Shown here: positions 1 through 13,822 of the stretch, piece by piece
Layout: every line of letters starts with the position of its first letter
Numbering within the stretch: the stretch's first letter is position 1
Position numbers and translations under genes: made by a program
The notes under the pieces: model-generated
The model's database searches: none
What the model saw: only the letters and a program-made list of their open reading frames with translations
Told to the model about the DNA's origin: nothing
From: Camelus dromedarius
Taxonomy: Eukaryota
DNA: 64,000 nucleotides
Reading direction: 5' to 3'
Assembly (NCBI RefSeq): GCF_036321535.1
Contig: NC_087447.1
Span: 12,896,001 to 12,960,000 of the forward strand

Positions 1-1505
1 CTCTTTAGGAAACTTTGAAGTGGTTTGTTTATTCTCTGTTTACAACTGAAAAAACTGGGTTTATCAAACTGAAGTATCTTGTCACTGCTACAGAATTAGT
101 GCTCACTATATCCTTTGATGTGCATGGAGACTTTTCTTGGCCCTCTCATCTGCTCAACTTTGTAAATATTGCATGTGCTTGAAAAAAGCGCACATATTGT
201 AGGCTTTTGGATGTGTTATTGTACATGTACCAGGCATGGCCTGGGCCCCTCTTCCTCTCTGGAAACATCTCTTGCCTCACCTCTCCTTTCCCTTTTTATT
301 CCAGTTCTGATCTTCTTGTGATTTCTTGAACATCCTAGGAAACCTCCTTGGCATTGTTGTTGGCTATACTCTCTTCCCAGAAGGCAAAGCTTGCATCTAT
401 TTTTCTCTCTTAATCAGTTTATCTGACTAGTGGCACAGGTTCAAAGACTCCCAGGCATGTTAAACCTTTCTTCTCAAATAAATAAATAAATAAACAACCA
501 AAAAAGGAAATCTTAATCATTTTTCAAGTCCCGTGGATGATTCATGAGCTATCTCTTGAATATGTCCCCTTCACTATATTACTCACCAGTAACACTTCTT
601 GCCTGTCTCAGGATAACTTTCCCCCAATATTCTTTGACTTTCCAAAATGCTGAAAACAGGGGAATTTTCTTAAAGCATACTATTTGTGTTCCATTTATTA
701 GCCATAAAGAGGGTCCAAAACATGTTATACTGGCATTGAAGTGTCTGCATATATATATCCCTAAATACCTTTCCAGACTCCTTTTCTACTGCTTTTGCTT
801 TAAAATTCCATGCTAGAGCCAATTCATATATTCTCTTACATTTTAGTAGTCCTTCCCGTTGACCACATTCCTCCATTGCCTGATACTCTAACAGTTTGTG
901 CTCCATATCTTAAATCTTTTTAGCTTTGGGTCACACAGAATAACAGATATAATAAAAGTATTCAGTAAAAGTATGTTGACTGAACTATGACTAATGAGAG
1001 TTACTTGTTTCTATAGCCATTTTTTTCTAACATAAAATTATGATATGCAGTTTAAATATGAAGTTGAAGATATATGTTTTTACTAGAGTGATGGCGTTTT
1101 TAGAACAAAAACTAATGATCTAAGAAAATCAGGCCAAGAACTTCAATTTTTTTCTGAGATAACAATGGATTTGATAAATGCCAGTTGTTGGGGTATTTTT
1201 GGATTTGAGTCCATGTCAGATTCCTTTAAATCCATGGTGAGGACCTTCAGAGTTTATCATGAGAACTTGTTAGAAAAAAAAATATATTTATCAAATTTTT
1301 TGATAATGAAACTATTGCAGCTCACAAGACAATGAATGGTGAGATAGAGTGATTTTCAGTCTTCAAGTCAAACCCAAGACTCACGTTTCAAATTACATGA
1401 GAGTGTCTTGATTACAGTTTTGTTTGTGATTGTATCTGTGATACAATTTTAAAGAACGTCTATTTATTTTCAGGTTAATGTTAGGTTAGAAAAGACGAGA
1501 TTGAG

Positions 1506-2444
1506 TCAAGTGGAGGTTCTTTTCCGCCATATTGACCTTTTTGCTGCATCTTTCACATCCTTATTCCTCAGACTATAAATCAGTGGGTTTAGCATGGGGA
1601 TCACCAACGTATAAAACACAGCGGAGACCTTCTCCTGTTCCAGGGAATACTGAGAGCTTGGCTGGATGTAACTAAAGGTTCCAGAGCCATAGAATAAGGT
1701 CACAGCAGTCAGGTGGGAGGCACAAGTAGAGAAGGCTTTGTGCCTCCCCTCAGCCGAGTGGATTCTCCGGATGGCGATGATGAAGCGAGTATAAGAGACC
1801 ACAATGATAATTAAAGTGAACATTGCAACGACCCCAGAGAATATTAAAAGCAGCATTTCATTGTTGTGGGCATCTGAGCAAGAGAGTTTCAGAAGAGGGG
1901 GGATATCACAGAAATAATGATTCACAATGTTCGGACCACAGAAGTCTAGTTTGAGCAAACCTATTGTTTGTGTCAGGGAGTTAATGAGCCCTCCCAAGTA
2001 AGATACAAGAACCATCAGAATACAAACCCTTTGGGTCATAATGACTGTATACAGCAAAGGGTTGGCTATTGCTACATAGCGGTCATAAGCCATCATAGAG
2101 AGGAGGATGCCTTCTGTGGATCCATACACTGCAAAAAAGGAACTCTGTAGAACACAGCCGGCAAATGTGCTGGACTTGTGTTTTGACAGGAAATTGACCA
2201 GCATTTTAGGAGCAATGACAGTAGAGTAACAGATATCACAAAAAGAGAGGTTGCTAAGGAAGAAGTACATTGGACTATGAAGTTGAGTATTTAACCAGAT
2301 CAACACGATCATCCCCCAATTACCTACCAGCGTGATGAAATAAATAAGAATGAAAAGCACAAAGAGAGGGATCTGCAAATTAGGATTTTCAGTTAAACCT
2401 ACCAGAAGGAATTCCTTCACACCTGTATGATTCCAACCTGCCAT
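1506..2444 (-). CDS. Olfactory receptor, family 5 (OR5J/OR5AQ-like), 312 aa, intact
   Basis: The ORF has the OR motifs [45 protein letters not shown] and [15 protein letters not shown]. The track start at 2492 is a GTG; the first ATG (CAT at 2442-2444) gives MAGWNHT with the N-glycosylation sequon. [15 protein letters not shown] resembles the OR5J subfamily from memory, but the exact orthologue is not certain. Confidence 0.95.
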   Translation of the reverse strand: MAGWNHTGVKEFLLVGLTENPNLQIPLFVLFILIYFITLVGNWGMIVLIWLNTQLHSPMYFFLSNLSFCDICYSTVIAPKMLVNFLSKHKSSTFAGCVLQSSFFAVYGSTEGILLSMMAYDRYVAIANPLLYTVIMTQRVCILMVLVSYLGGLINSLTQTIGLLKLDFCGPNIVNHYFCDIPPLLKLSCSDAHNNEMLLLIFSGVVAMFTLIIIVVSYTRFIIAIRRIHSAEGRHKAFSTCASHLTAVTLFYGSGTFSYIQPSSQYSLEQEKVSAVFYTLVIPMLNPLIYSLRNKDVKDAAKRSIWRKRTST

Positions 2445-4867
2445 GCATTCAGGTTTGTGTCGTTCTTTAGCTCCAGAACAAGATGATATCACTCAGATAA
2501 AAAAATAAATATATATGATTTCTGCGTGATCTGGATTCATAACAGCAGGTGGCATTTATGTTTACCCTGTAGTTAGATGAAAAAAGATATTAACTTCAGC
2601 AGTGGACCACATGTATACTAGACAATTCATTTACAGTGACTCAAATTTTTGGAACTAGAGCTTATTTTGTTTCCTCCTTCTCAGTTTCTACATCATCACA
2701 GTTGGGATAAGGAAACTCTCTTAGATCGTGAAACTGGTAGCACTGACATTCTAACCCAGATACGCCTCATCTGTATGACATTCACAAATACTCTGCTTAC
2801 CGGGGCTACAAACAGTGCCACTCTGGAAAGAAATTATTTCTTTATCTGTGGCAAACCTGTTTTTTGCACACCCAGTTAAGTCATGACACTGTCTTTCATC
2901 ATATTAAACTCCCTTCCTTTACAGATCTCAAACATCAGAACTTTTTTGAAATCACCTGATGGTCAGATTCCCCACTTGGACAATCAATGACTGTGCTGTC
3001 CAGAAGAGTTGAATGAGGAGGAAGATGTGGATTAATCTTTTCCTTTGCTATTTAGTTTTGAAGCTAATCAAAATTAGTGGTGTGATTTAACTTGAAAACT
3101 TTCTCATTGTGTCCTTGCATTTCCCTTCACATCTTTAAAACAGCAAACCCAAAAACTCAATGGAGAGAGGCAAGTACTCAAACCATGTTGGTCAGATATG
3201 TCCTGCTTTCAAAAACGTAGGCAAAAATGTAGGCTGCCACTTAGTTCCAATTTTTTTTTTTGACGTGATATAATACTAATTCAACAATATTTATGGTTCC
3301 AGGTCAATAAATTAATCCATTCCTGCATACTTTCCTACATTCAATAAATATAAATTACTTACGACTCTGTGACTATTATATACAGATAAATAGATAACTG
3401 ATTATGTTTTATATTAAATGTTTTGTCATTTATAAATTCAAAAGCCTATACATTCATAAAAAATATAATATACTTATACTTTGAAGTAATATATAGCAAA
3501 TGATTTATGACTAAAATTGTTTATAAGGCAAAAGAAGCAAAAATCAAGTAACACACACACAAAACTTAAACAACAATCACAAATAAAAATTTTTTAAAAC
3601 TCACTATCAACCACCACCTTGATGTAATGAAAGACCCAAAACTATACAGCTTAGATAGTCTACCTTTAAAGCATATTCATTTGAAGCTACTTTACTCAAG
3701 CACACTGGAGTTGCAGTGGTAAGAAGCAGCAACTTGTAGCAAAAGCTGTCCTGAGCTCTGGGAATCAAGTTTCTGTGTGCATGCTCGGGTTTTGTAATGG
3801 ACAGGAAGCAGTGACAAAATCAAGGAAAACAGAAAATAATTCTTTAAATATTCTTATTGGAATTATAAAATAAAATTGGATCTAAAAGATTTCCAGAAAC
3901 TATTATTAATAAGATTGGGAAGAAATGATTTTCCTTGTACTATAGATAAAATACGTTACAATTCTCAGATATTCCACTTCCCGTAGAATATCTCGAATTT
4001 TCCAGAAATGTGCAAGTAACTTTAAGTTATGATATAAACCAAATATTAAATACATAAACATACACACAGACACGAAAATATTGAACTTAGGTATTATGTA
4101 AATAGTTTCCCTTTTCCACAAAATGGGAAGAAAATCTTTGAAAGATAAATTCACCACAGGTTAAGAAACTGTTTTCTGGCTGTTGGGGAGTAATACTGAA
4201 ATCCTACAGCTGTTGTGAAGATAAAAGGAAATATCAAAATTTTAAATAAACCTACATCACCATTTCCTAAATATACTCCCAGTTAAGTGAAGTACAGACT
4301 AAGCAGGATTTCTAGAGAAGACTGGGTTTTCATGATTCTTAAAGGATTTATTGTTGAAAGTAGAGCATTTTTATGTTTCCTTCTTTTTCTTTTGGGGGCA
4401 CAAACTGTAGCTCATTGTGCATATGGGAACCTCAGATGTTCAGAGGTTGGATCATTAGCCTCTCTTCTGTTCTCTTGAGACTGGTAATAATCAGAGCTGC
4501 CGGTTTTCTCAACAGTTGTTCAGTAGATAATTCTGCTCTCACTTTGATAAAATATACTTCTTTCTACAAATAACACAATTTTAAAAATGGATGTGTTCTC
4601 TAAAACTCACACATTTAGGATAAAGGCACAACACAGACAATAAACAATTGCAGAAACTAAAGAAATATGTTCCAATGACATAGACCTATTCAGACAAGTG
4701 TTGAAATGTTCTAATGATGAAACAGCTGAAGCTGTCTCTCTTCCTATAAAATGGGAACATTCATACATGCTTTATCTATCTCACTGATTCATTATGAAAT
4801 TGATATAAATTGATGATTATAAATCATCATACTTGAAAAACTTTATCATTTACACTAAAGCTTTATG

Positions 4868-5112
4868 AGAGGGGAGTTTGAGATTTGCAAATAATAACCA
4901 CTATATATAAAAAGAGATAAAAAAACAAATTTCTTCTGAATAGCACAGGGAACTATATTCAATATCTTGTAATAACCTTTAATGAAAAAGAATATGAACA
5001 TATGAATATGAACATATGTATATGCATGAGTGGGACATTATACTGTACACCAGAAATTGACACATTGTAACTGACTATACTTCAATTTAAAAAAATTAAA
5101 TAAATAAAATAA
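4868..5112 (+). mobile_element. 5'-truncated L1 3' end with A-rich tail
   Basis: The L1 3' UTR end ctgtacaccagaaattgacacattgtaactgactatacttcaatt is followed by an A-rich tail. A degenerate TSD flanks it (agctttatgagag / agttttatcagag). Confidence 0.8.
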
Positions 5113-6884
5113 AATAGTTTTATCAGAGATTACACATAAAAATTAATTGTATAATCTTTTAGATTATTAATATAAAAATGTATGATTTTCTTCTCTCTAA
5201 TAATTCAATAATCATCAAGGAGATGCAGACTGTGTCTTAACGATTCTGTTATACCTGTCATTCTACTGAATCAGTAGACTCATAATAGTGTAGGAATTCT
5301 GCACATATTTCACATTCGTTTATTAGCTTTTTACATAATTTTATATTTAGCACTCAATTATGAAAATAATATATCCATTATTTATGTGTTTGGGAGAGGG
5401 TAGTAGATAGTTTTGTTAAGCTTTGTTGTTAACTCATTACAATTTCTTAGGTATTTTAGCATAAAAAGAGAGTAACATATATGCAGGTAGATAAAATAAT
5501 GGTTTTGTGTCAATCCAAATACTGCACAAAATTCAAAGAATTATGACAAAATTACATACAGTTGTGAAGATACTGATACAACATGAGTGTCCTTAGATAC
5601 CAAATAGAAGATATTACTATGTCATAAGAGACCAAAAGACATTCAAAATCCAACAAAATAGTCCATGAGAAAAATAGAGTCAGCTATACAATGAGAGTGG
5701 GGTTGCAGATTCAAAGCAAGAAAAAAAAAAGCAATATGATTAAATGCAATAAACTAATTCCTTCGTAATTTATGAAGTCACTGCTGCAATAACTCTAAAA
5801 AGGGACCGGTGTCAAAGGCAAAAACAATAATCCTATATGCTAGGCAAAAATCTCTTGGCTAACAGACAGCTTTAATCTTCTGAGATGGCCTCTCTGACTT
5901 TTGTTAGTAGGTATAATTATTCCATGAATAAGTATGTTTCACCCGAAGATAAAGTGATAAACTTCAACTAATAAAACACAAAGTTTGAGAAACTTTGTAG
6001 ATTAGATGATCAGACTGATATTTGTAATAACAATTTCAGATACATAATTCAAAAATTGGCTTACAGCTGTTTTATTGTTGTTGAAAATAAAACAAAATTT
6101 GGAGTATGACTTCAGTTTTAAAGCAATCGGGATAACTTAAAAACCCCATAATATTGTATTAAAATATAAGAAGTATTTATAATCTTGTGTTGATTTTATT
6201 TGTTGACCAGACACCTAGTAAGATAAAAAGAAAAAAAAATTAAATTTAAAATATTAAGAGTTTATTTAAGTAAATTTGTGGCAGTCTTTAAGAGCTTTTA
6301 CAAAAGTGATTGCTGCAATTACTAGTTATATAATTAGAATATTATGTTTTGCAATTTGAATCAAAACTTAGAAAAAAGTTGGTTGTTGCATTTGTTAACA
6401 CAACAAAGCATTGCTTATTAAATAATAATATAGAAGATTTTATTTGTGTGCAGTTTTTTTCTGTGTGGAAAAGCCATTGCTGAGAAAAATAACTCATAAT
6501 AAAAAAATATATATGGGGAATTATGTGTTCAGTATTCTGAAACAGAATCACTATTCACATTAGTTAATTTTTTACTTCAGATGGATAATACTTGAAGTTT
6601 AATATACTGATAATTCATCAGTATATATTTTATCAGTGTATTAATTGCTGATTAAAAGCTGAAAAAATTGTTATATCCAGATACCAACGTAACATTTATG
6701 GAGCTCCAGTGACATTGCCTTTAAAATATATACCTTTGTCTGTGCTCTCATGAAATCTAATACTAAACAAGAAAGAGAGATGGAGAGAAAAAAGAAGGGA
6801 GGCAGAGAAGGAAGGTGGGATGGAGGAAGGAAGGGAAGCTCCAGAGTCTTATAATTTATCTTAAAGTCTTATAATTTAATACTT

Positions 6885-6902
6885 TATATATATATATATA
6901 TA
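6885..6902. repeat. (TA)n microsatellite
   Basis: Direct reading of a tatatata run. Confidence 0.9.
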
Positions 6903-8469
6903 AGATAAATTATAAGACAATAGTAGCCGAGAATGACATTAGAATTTCCCTACTATGTATAAATACATTTTTCTACTTAGAACTAGATTTTTTTATTGAC
7001 ACGCAATTCACATAACGTAAATAGTGTTTGTAAATATAAAAAGCCAAATCAGATGGGTTTTTCCTCAGAAACGACAGCGAGGTAAGACTTATCCAAGAGC
7101 GATTCTTTACAAGCCGTCCTATTGCAAAGTCACACGAACATCATCTACAGATAAAGTTAAGGCAGGAAACCCCAGGGAGATGCTGAGGAGATGAGCCTGT
7201 GTTCAGGCCACAGGCTCTGACATGTCATAAAGCTTCAGCCTCATCAGTTGGACTCCTTCCCCTGATTAATCCAGGAAGAAGATGTTGTTCCCTTAAACAC
7301 AGCTAAGATTTCTGATCAGTCAGCGGTCCAAAGTCATGTATTTGCAACTTTAAGTTTGGAACACACAAAGGTTCTCAATCTTGGTCAAATCATGGGAAGG
7401 GCTGATGTGTCCTCATTTATAAATGCTGGGGAGGCATCTTTGGGGGGCCACTCTGCCTACCGCAACCACCAATGTGTAAACAGATTCCCTAGTCACTGGA
7501 AGAAGCTTCTGAGCAATGCCACAAGTCCTCACACTGCAGTCACAGATTTCAGCCTTATTTATGCAATATTTATATCCATGATGGAGATAGTAGTCCCTGG
7601 CTCATTGACTCACATGACATCTTATATCATGGACAATGTGTTCCTATAAGGTTAGTCTTCCTATGTGAACAAATGTTTACCCCTGTCAGGCACACATGAA
7701 CTCTGGATTGCTAACTCAACTGGGCTCACTTTTCCAGGTCTTATTTCCATGCTTCACAGTCAAACTTTGACTTGAACACTAAGAGACAGCACTTTGCAGG
7801 TATGAAGAATTATAAAAGATCTAACTACAACTTCAACAGTGGTCTTTTTACTGGGAGGGCAGTAAATGAGGTGACAAAAACAATTCAAGTCTGCCAAGCA
7901 TGCTATGACAAATAGCCAAGAAGACCATCCAATTCTTGAGGGCAAGTGAATTTTCCTGGAACGCTTGGCTTGGAAAATGTTATACTTCAAAATTATTCTG
8001 TTAAGCTGCCAAGGAAGTATATGCATCCTGGCCAACACATCACATTGTATCTAGATCAACAATGGCGGTCTCCTGCATTGGGGAAGGTCCAAATGATTGC
8101 TGAAATTGTCCCGTCAGGGTCCTTGGACATCTTCTCTTGGAGGATTTTTAGATGGATTTGTCCCTGATTTACTAAACTGCTTCCAGTTTGCCATACCTTT
8201 CTTTTCCTATACATTGAAAAAGTATATTTATACTATCCTAAATATGCATACCTGCATCCCATAGCAATGTCAGGATTGTGCTCACAGTCATGTTTAGTAG
8301 AAACGGTGTGGATTACTGACACAGGTATAAATCATGGAAGCCACTATTTGGGTGAGAAGAGAGGAATTCCAATTAAGGGTTAATTTGTCCAAAAGAAATC
8401 CCTCCTGGTTGCTTTTCTGTAAGCCTCTGAATAGTATATAGATTTGAGAAGTTAAGAAAATAAATTATG

Positions 8470-8912
8470 ATAAAATGCTATCATGGATTAAAGATGGCTG
8501 CAAATTCATTGACACTCTTCCTCTTGAATCCGGGTGGACTTGGTGACTTGTTTCCACATAGGAGGGGTGTTCTGGAATTTCCAAGGCTAAGACATGAGAA
8601 TCTAGCAGCATCACCCTTGGTCTTTTGGAACACTTGCTCATGGACTACTCTGAGGCTGCTTTGAAGAAGAGAATATTTGGAGAGTTTAAAGGGGGGTGTC
8701 CTAAGACTGCCTGAAAAAGAGATGCCCAGACTACCCACAGCTATTCCAGTCTGAGCTATTCAAGTGATCCCAAAGGGCCCGCCAAGGCACTGAAGAGCAC
8801 GGAGACTTCATCCCTGCCCAGCCCTACCCACATGGCAGATTCCTGAGGAAAATGAATGGTTATTGTTTTCAGCCGCTTAAGTTTTGTGGCAGAGCATCAT
8901 ACCACCAGAACG
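8470..8912 (+). mobile_element. MaLR LTR (MLT1-type) remnant
   Basis: atggctgcaaattcattgacactcttcc...gacttggtgacttgttt...tggttattgttttcagccgcttaagttttgtgg resembles the MLT1 LTR layout, including the typical 3' 'ttgttttaagccactaagttttg' motif. Confidence 0.65.
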
Positions 8913-10200
8913 AATGCAGAAGTGGCAACTCAGGTCACATGTTCTGCCATTGTTCACAGCTGCCAGGCTTGGACCCCAGCCCTTGCTCACCTAGAGGTGT
9001 GGTGATGCCCCTGTGTGGCAATGCCAGCTTTTGTTCCCCCTTGCATGATCTCAATTGGACTTGTTTTTCAGCCTCAAGGTCAAACTAAAGGAGAAGCTGG
9101 TGCCCTTGCAACTGATGAATTTTGAATTTGCAGGAAAGAGCTAGAACCCAGGGTTTGGCCATGGCAAATGGTTGCTGGATCCCATCCTCTGATCAGTGAA
9201 AGGAGGGGCGGTTCTTTCCCTAATAATATATTTTAAAAGCCATATATCCCAGTTCTCAATAGTGATGGCTAATCCAGCCAGATTAGTGTGCTTTACTTCA
9301 AAATGAGGTGAATGATGAGAAGAGCACACCTCACACTGCTTCTGTCTCTGTGAGGTGAGAAAGTACCCGGAGGGAGATGGTGTCAGGTCATTTTCCATTA
9401 GTTTGCACGAGAACACATGAAACAAAAATGTGATGACTTTGTAAAGCATAAAATATTTTATCTTCTCATATAGGAAAAATGACATGCTACCATATGTGAA
9501 ATCCTGGGGTTTTTACACAGCAATGATTAAATTTTTATTCGTAGAAAATTTTGTATAACAACGCAAAGGAGCATGTATATATTTAATCAGAACTAATAGT
9601 GATATATCAGTTATAAATTGTGGCATGTCCTCTTCACCATACTTAGCAGTGTTTGTAGCCAACTAAAAGAAAGTATGGATTCTCAACCAATATTCACTCC
9701 AAATCTTTATCTTTACATTATTGTAGCAAACGTTATCTCATGTGTTTCAAGAACATATTGTTTTATTTACTTCTGAGAAAATAATTTACTTACGAATGGG
9801 CTCTTTTGAAGACAAATATTTACTACATCCTTTAAGTATGACATATTTTTTAATCTGATGGCGCTAGGAAAATTGACAGTTTTCAAATCATGTCATAGAG
9901 CTCATTTGCCCTTGACTTCCAGGTCACAGAGAAGGGCAATAAGATGTGAACCTGTTACATACTTTACTTCTGACCTGAATTGCAGATGGTCATTGAAATG
10001 CAGATATTTTTCCAGTGACGTCATCGGTTTTAGTATTTTAGATTTGTACGTTGCATTGCTTTCTTATGATTGAAATGTAACACAGTCTTACAGCGTTCTC
10101 TCTCATCATAGACAGAAGCAGAAAAATCTAGTTCAACGTGATTGTCACAAATGTCCTACTGTATTCTGCCTTTCTCTCAACTCTGACTCACTTCACAAAA

Positions 10201-10202
10201 TA

Positions 10203-10233
<31 letters not shown>
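10201..10233. repeat. (TA)n microsatellite
   Basis: Direct reading. Confidence 0.95.
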
Positions 10234-10234
<1 letters not shown>

Positions 10235-10458
10235 GTTTTCATTTTATGTGTTTAGTTTGTTAAAAGTACATATTAATTTTCTTTGTTTATGCATATTATC
10301 AAAGTACATCTTAGAAGTTAGGGAAATAATGCAGAACAAAATAAAATTGCATCTGAGGTGTTTTTACCAGATTATTAATCTGACACATGTTCAGGCAGTA
10401 ACCTCACCCATGAGTTTCATTTGTGTTATGGACAAAAAATTAGCGTTGAGCAAGTTCG

Positions 10459-10677
10459 GCAGTTCTAAGCCCGGGATAATTTTGCCTCCAAAGGAATATT
10501 TGACAAAGTGGATATTTTCGGTTATCACACATGGGGAATGTGCCACTGAGACCTAGTGAGCAGAGACCAGGGATGCTGCTAAACACCCAAAGTGTGCAAC
10601 TTAGACCTTCCTCCCCTTCTTCTCCCAAGAAAGGAGAATTGGTCCAAAACGTCACTAGTGCCACTTTAAGAAACTCT
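10459..10677 (+). mobile_element. MER20 (hAT-Charlie) DNA transposon fossil
   Basis: ccagggatgctgctaaacac...ccaaaacgtcactagtgcc...aagaaactct follows the recalled MER20 consensus along about 220 bp. Confidence 0.8.
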
Positions 10678-12049
10678 AGGCTAGATCAATTCTTAACAAT
10701 TTTATAGTTTAGAATACACTGTAGTTTACTTATTTTAGACTAATTTATTTTCAAAAATGAAAAATAAGTCAAACTTACAAAGCTCCCATTAAGGAAGCTG
10801 ATTTGATTCTTCATGCAACCTTATGTGCATTAACACAATAGATGGATAATTAGAAGAAATTCACTCATGATATGAAATCTCCTTAATGTTTTTAATTAGG
10901 AAAATACAATAAAATGAAAAGAATGACCAAAATAACCCATACATTTCAGAAACCACTCAAAAATAAGAACAAAGGAATGGCGTTGTACTCTGTACTCTGA
11001 CATTTTTGCCTAGAGCAAATGTTATAACATGATGAAGGGACACAAAGTTAAATGTTAGGTTCCATTTTTTTGGTCTCTGGCAGTATCTCAGAACATTTGG
11101 AATGGTTCACAGATATTTTTAAAATTCCTAATTTCTTATAGTAAACCAAACCCTAATTGTTGTCTTAAAATCAAATAGTAATATAATATTGGTAAAGTAA
11201 TGAGCAATCATATGTCATTACATTGTGACAGACACAAAAAGTTTTACACATATTCTAGGAGATTTATACATATCTGATCATTTAATTCTCAAATTATGCA
11301 TTTACTAGTAGCTTTACATATATTAATTCATCTACTCTTCAAAAAACAACCAATTTCAATGGGTAATTATTTTACCATTTTCATTTACAAGATTACACCC
11401 AGTATAAACGAATCCAGGAATTTATATTTTTATAATTAGTACAAAATGCACAACATTATGTATTCACCTGTATGCATCTTCACCTTTGACAAAATAAAAT
11501 GAAAATCAAATTGAGACTCAAGTATCCAAAGCAACCACAGAAAATGTCTAATTTAATCATTGCAATTGATCTCAGAGAAAGGAGTGTTCATGCTCCAATT
11601 GGTTTGCATTGTCAGTTTACAGAATAAAATAATCAGAGCAATCATTCACTTCTTCTTGACGATAGAGCCTCAAAGATTATGTCAGTAACATCTGGGCAAA
11701 AAATTAGTAATGGGCACAGCTTATAGTCTCCAGGAGCTTTGCAAATGTGTTTGCTTTTCATACATACTTGCTGTGAATGCAATAGCAGAAGATCTATTAG
11801 AACAATCAGTCCAGCCCAAAGAGAAGGAGTGTGCTATAGCCCCACTCTGCTCTAATATTAAAGAGACTATTGTTATGTACCTTCTGTCTCATTTCCTGAG
11901 AGTCAGTGAAACCACCATCACCTGTGACAAATATGAGGAATATCAAATTTCCCTGATGGTAAATGTTCCGTAAGTGCAGAGTCTAGATTTATTTTCCCAA
12001 ACACCAAAAGTTAGATTTACTCACTCATCCAGCCATCCGTCCATCTATT

Positions 12050-12330
12050 CTATCCATTTGTTCATTCATTCATTCATTAAGTAGACATGTAATGAGGAAA
12101 TACCACATACCAGGTGACACATAGGTTTTGGAAAAATCAACCAAGATACATATTACCAGCTGCCAAGAAGTTTCTAATATGGGTGAGTTCAGACAGACCA
12201 ACAGATACCTTCAATGAAACATGATAAAGAATATAATAAATCAATGTACAACATAGTTTAAGAACACTAAATAGAGAGAAATTACTATCATTTATTTTAA
12301 TTCAGGATTGTTTCACAGAGCAGAATTTTG
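12050..12330 (-). mobile_element. L2 3' end remnant
   Basis: An (attc)n tail is followed by degenerate 'tattgagcacctactatgtgccaggc'-like sequence. Confidence 0.5.
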
Positions 12331-12494
12331 TAAGAGGACAAAAGCGTTTTAAAGTATGAAAGATGAAAACTTATCTTTATGTCTGGAAAGTGGAAAGTGG
12401 TCAACACTTAAAATAGTTGACACATGGCATAATATTGATGAGACTGAAGGGTTAGGCTAAGCCTTGAAAATTACTAAAGGATTCAAATTCTTAT

Positions 12495-13433
12495 TCAACT
12501 GAAAGTCCGGTTTCTGTCTAACAGCTTTTTGAGGGCATTTTTTACATCCTTGTTTCTGAAGCTGTAGATTATTGGGTTAACCATGGGGAAGACAACAGTA
12601 TAAAACACTGCAACTACTTTATCAGTGCCTAGGGAATAGCTGGTGGTGGGACGTAAGTACATGAACAGGAGTGTTCCATAGAATAAGGTGACGGCTATGA
12701 GATGGGAAGCACAGGTGGAGAACGTTTTGCTTCTGCCACCTGAGGACTTGATGCCCAAAACAGTGATGAGGATCCAGAAGTAAGAGAGAAATATGACCAC
12801 AAAAGTGCTGGTCTGGATGAAGCCACACAAGGTAAAGAGCAGAAGCTCATTGATATGCGTGTCTGCACAGGATAAAGCCAGCAGAGGTGGGATATCACAG
12901 AAAAAATGATTGATGATATTGGAGCCACAGAATGGCATCCTGAACGTAAGGCAGACGTGTACCATCGAAGTCATACTTCCGCTGACGTAAACCAGCACAA
13001 CGCAGCAGAGACAGACTCTCCGAGACATAAGTGTTGAATAGAGCAGTGGATTGCAGATGGCGGCATAGCGGTCGAAGGCCATTGCTGCCAGGAGAAGGCA
13101 CTCAGCATCAGCAAAACAGCCGAAGAAAAACATCTGCAGTGCACAGCCGTAGGGGGAGATGCTTTTCTTGGATGCTAAGAAATCCACCAGCATTTTAGGC
13201 GTGATGGCTGTGGAATAGCTGAAGTCTAAGAAAGACAAGTTGCTGAGGAAATAATACATGGGGGTTTGAAGGCTCGAGTCGATGTTAACTAGAATTATTA
13301 AGCCTATGTTTCCCATGACCGTGAGTGTGTATACTATGAGAAATACCAAGAATAGTGTGACCCTGAGAGGTAGGTAATCTGTGAATCCAACAAGCAGAAA
13401 TTCAATTGGCATGGTATAATTACTCTCCAACAT
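12495..13433 (-). CDS. OR5AS1: Olfactory receptor 5AS1 orthologue, 312 aa, intact
   Basis: From the ATG at 13433 the protein reads [31 protein letters not shown]...[15 protein letters not shown]...[17 protein letters not shown]...[13 protein letters not shown], closely matching human OR5AS1 as I recall it. The track's 64-aa N-terminal extension starts at a GTG (13625) and is probably non-coding. Confidence 0.93.
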   Translation of the reverse strand: MLESNYTMPIEFLLVGFTDYLPLRVTLFLVFLIVYTLTVMGNIGLIILVNIDSSLQTPMYYFLSNLSFLDFSYSTAITPKMLVDFLASKKSISPYGCALQMFFFGCFADAECLLLAAMAFDRYAAICNPLLYSTLMSRRVCLCCVVLVYVSGSMTSMVHVCLTFRMPFCGSNIINHFFCDIPPLLALSCADTHINELLLFTLCGFIQTSTFVVIFLSYFWILITVLGIKSSGGRSKTFSTCASHLIAVTLFYGTLLFMYLRPTTSYSLGTDKVVAVFYTVVFPMVNPIIYSFRNKDVKNALKKLLDRNRTFS

Positions 13434-13709
13434 CTTCTTGGCTTTCTTGGCTTTCTTGTTTTTCTCATCCGATGTGGATGGTATCAGAACACATGAGTTG
13501 GCTTGAGTGATGGATGAACCAAGAATATCTTTATTCTTCCTTTTAAGGAAGCAAAATACAAGGATAATAAAACCACAGTTAGGGCATTTTCCGTGACGCA
13601 TTTGGCTTGTTTTCTTTTTTGTCACTTCCTTTAAAATAGATAATTAAAAATCTTCACTGATTCCAGATAATGTTATTCAGTGCAGGTGTTTTAAGATGCA
13701 GTGATTCTT

Positions 13710-13822
13710 ATGTTATTTACTTTTTTTTACAGTAAGACCTTATTGTTTATTTTACTTTATTTTATTTATACCAGAAATTGACATGTTGTTAACTGACTGT
13801 ACTTCAATTAAATGTTTTTTTA
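13710..13822 (+). mobile_element. 113-bp L1-derived insertion with a 17-bp target-site duplication
   Basis: aagatgcagtgattctt occurs at 13693-13709 and 13823-13839. The insert contains the L1 3' terminal motif ccagaaattgaca...aactgactgtacttcaatt. Confidence 0.8.

Noticed and set aside
2445-2492. 16-aa N-terminal extension of the first OR in the ORF track
   Set aside because: It starts at a GTG. The ATG at 2444 gives a standard OR N-terminus.
5500-6700. Possible degenerate hAT transposase remnant
   Set aside because: It is only an impression from AT-rich sequence. I found no terminal repeats or recognisable translated motif.
13434-13625. 64-aa Lys-rich N-terminal extension on OR5AS1
   Set aside because: It starts at a GTG, contains an acceptor-like ttttgcttccttaaaAG on the coding strand, and is not part of the recalled orthologue.
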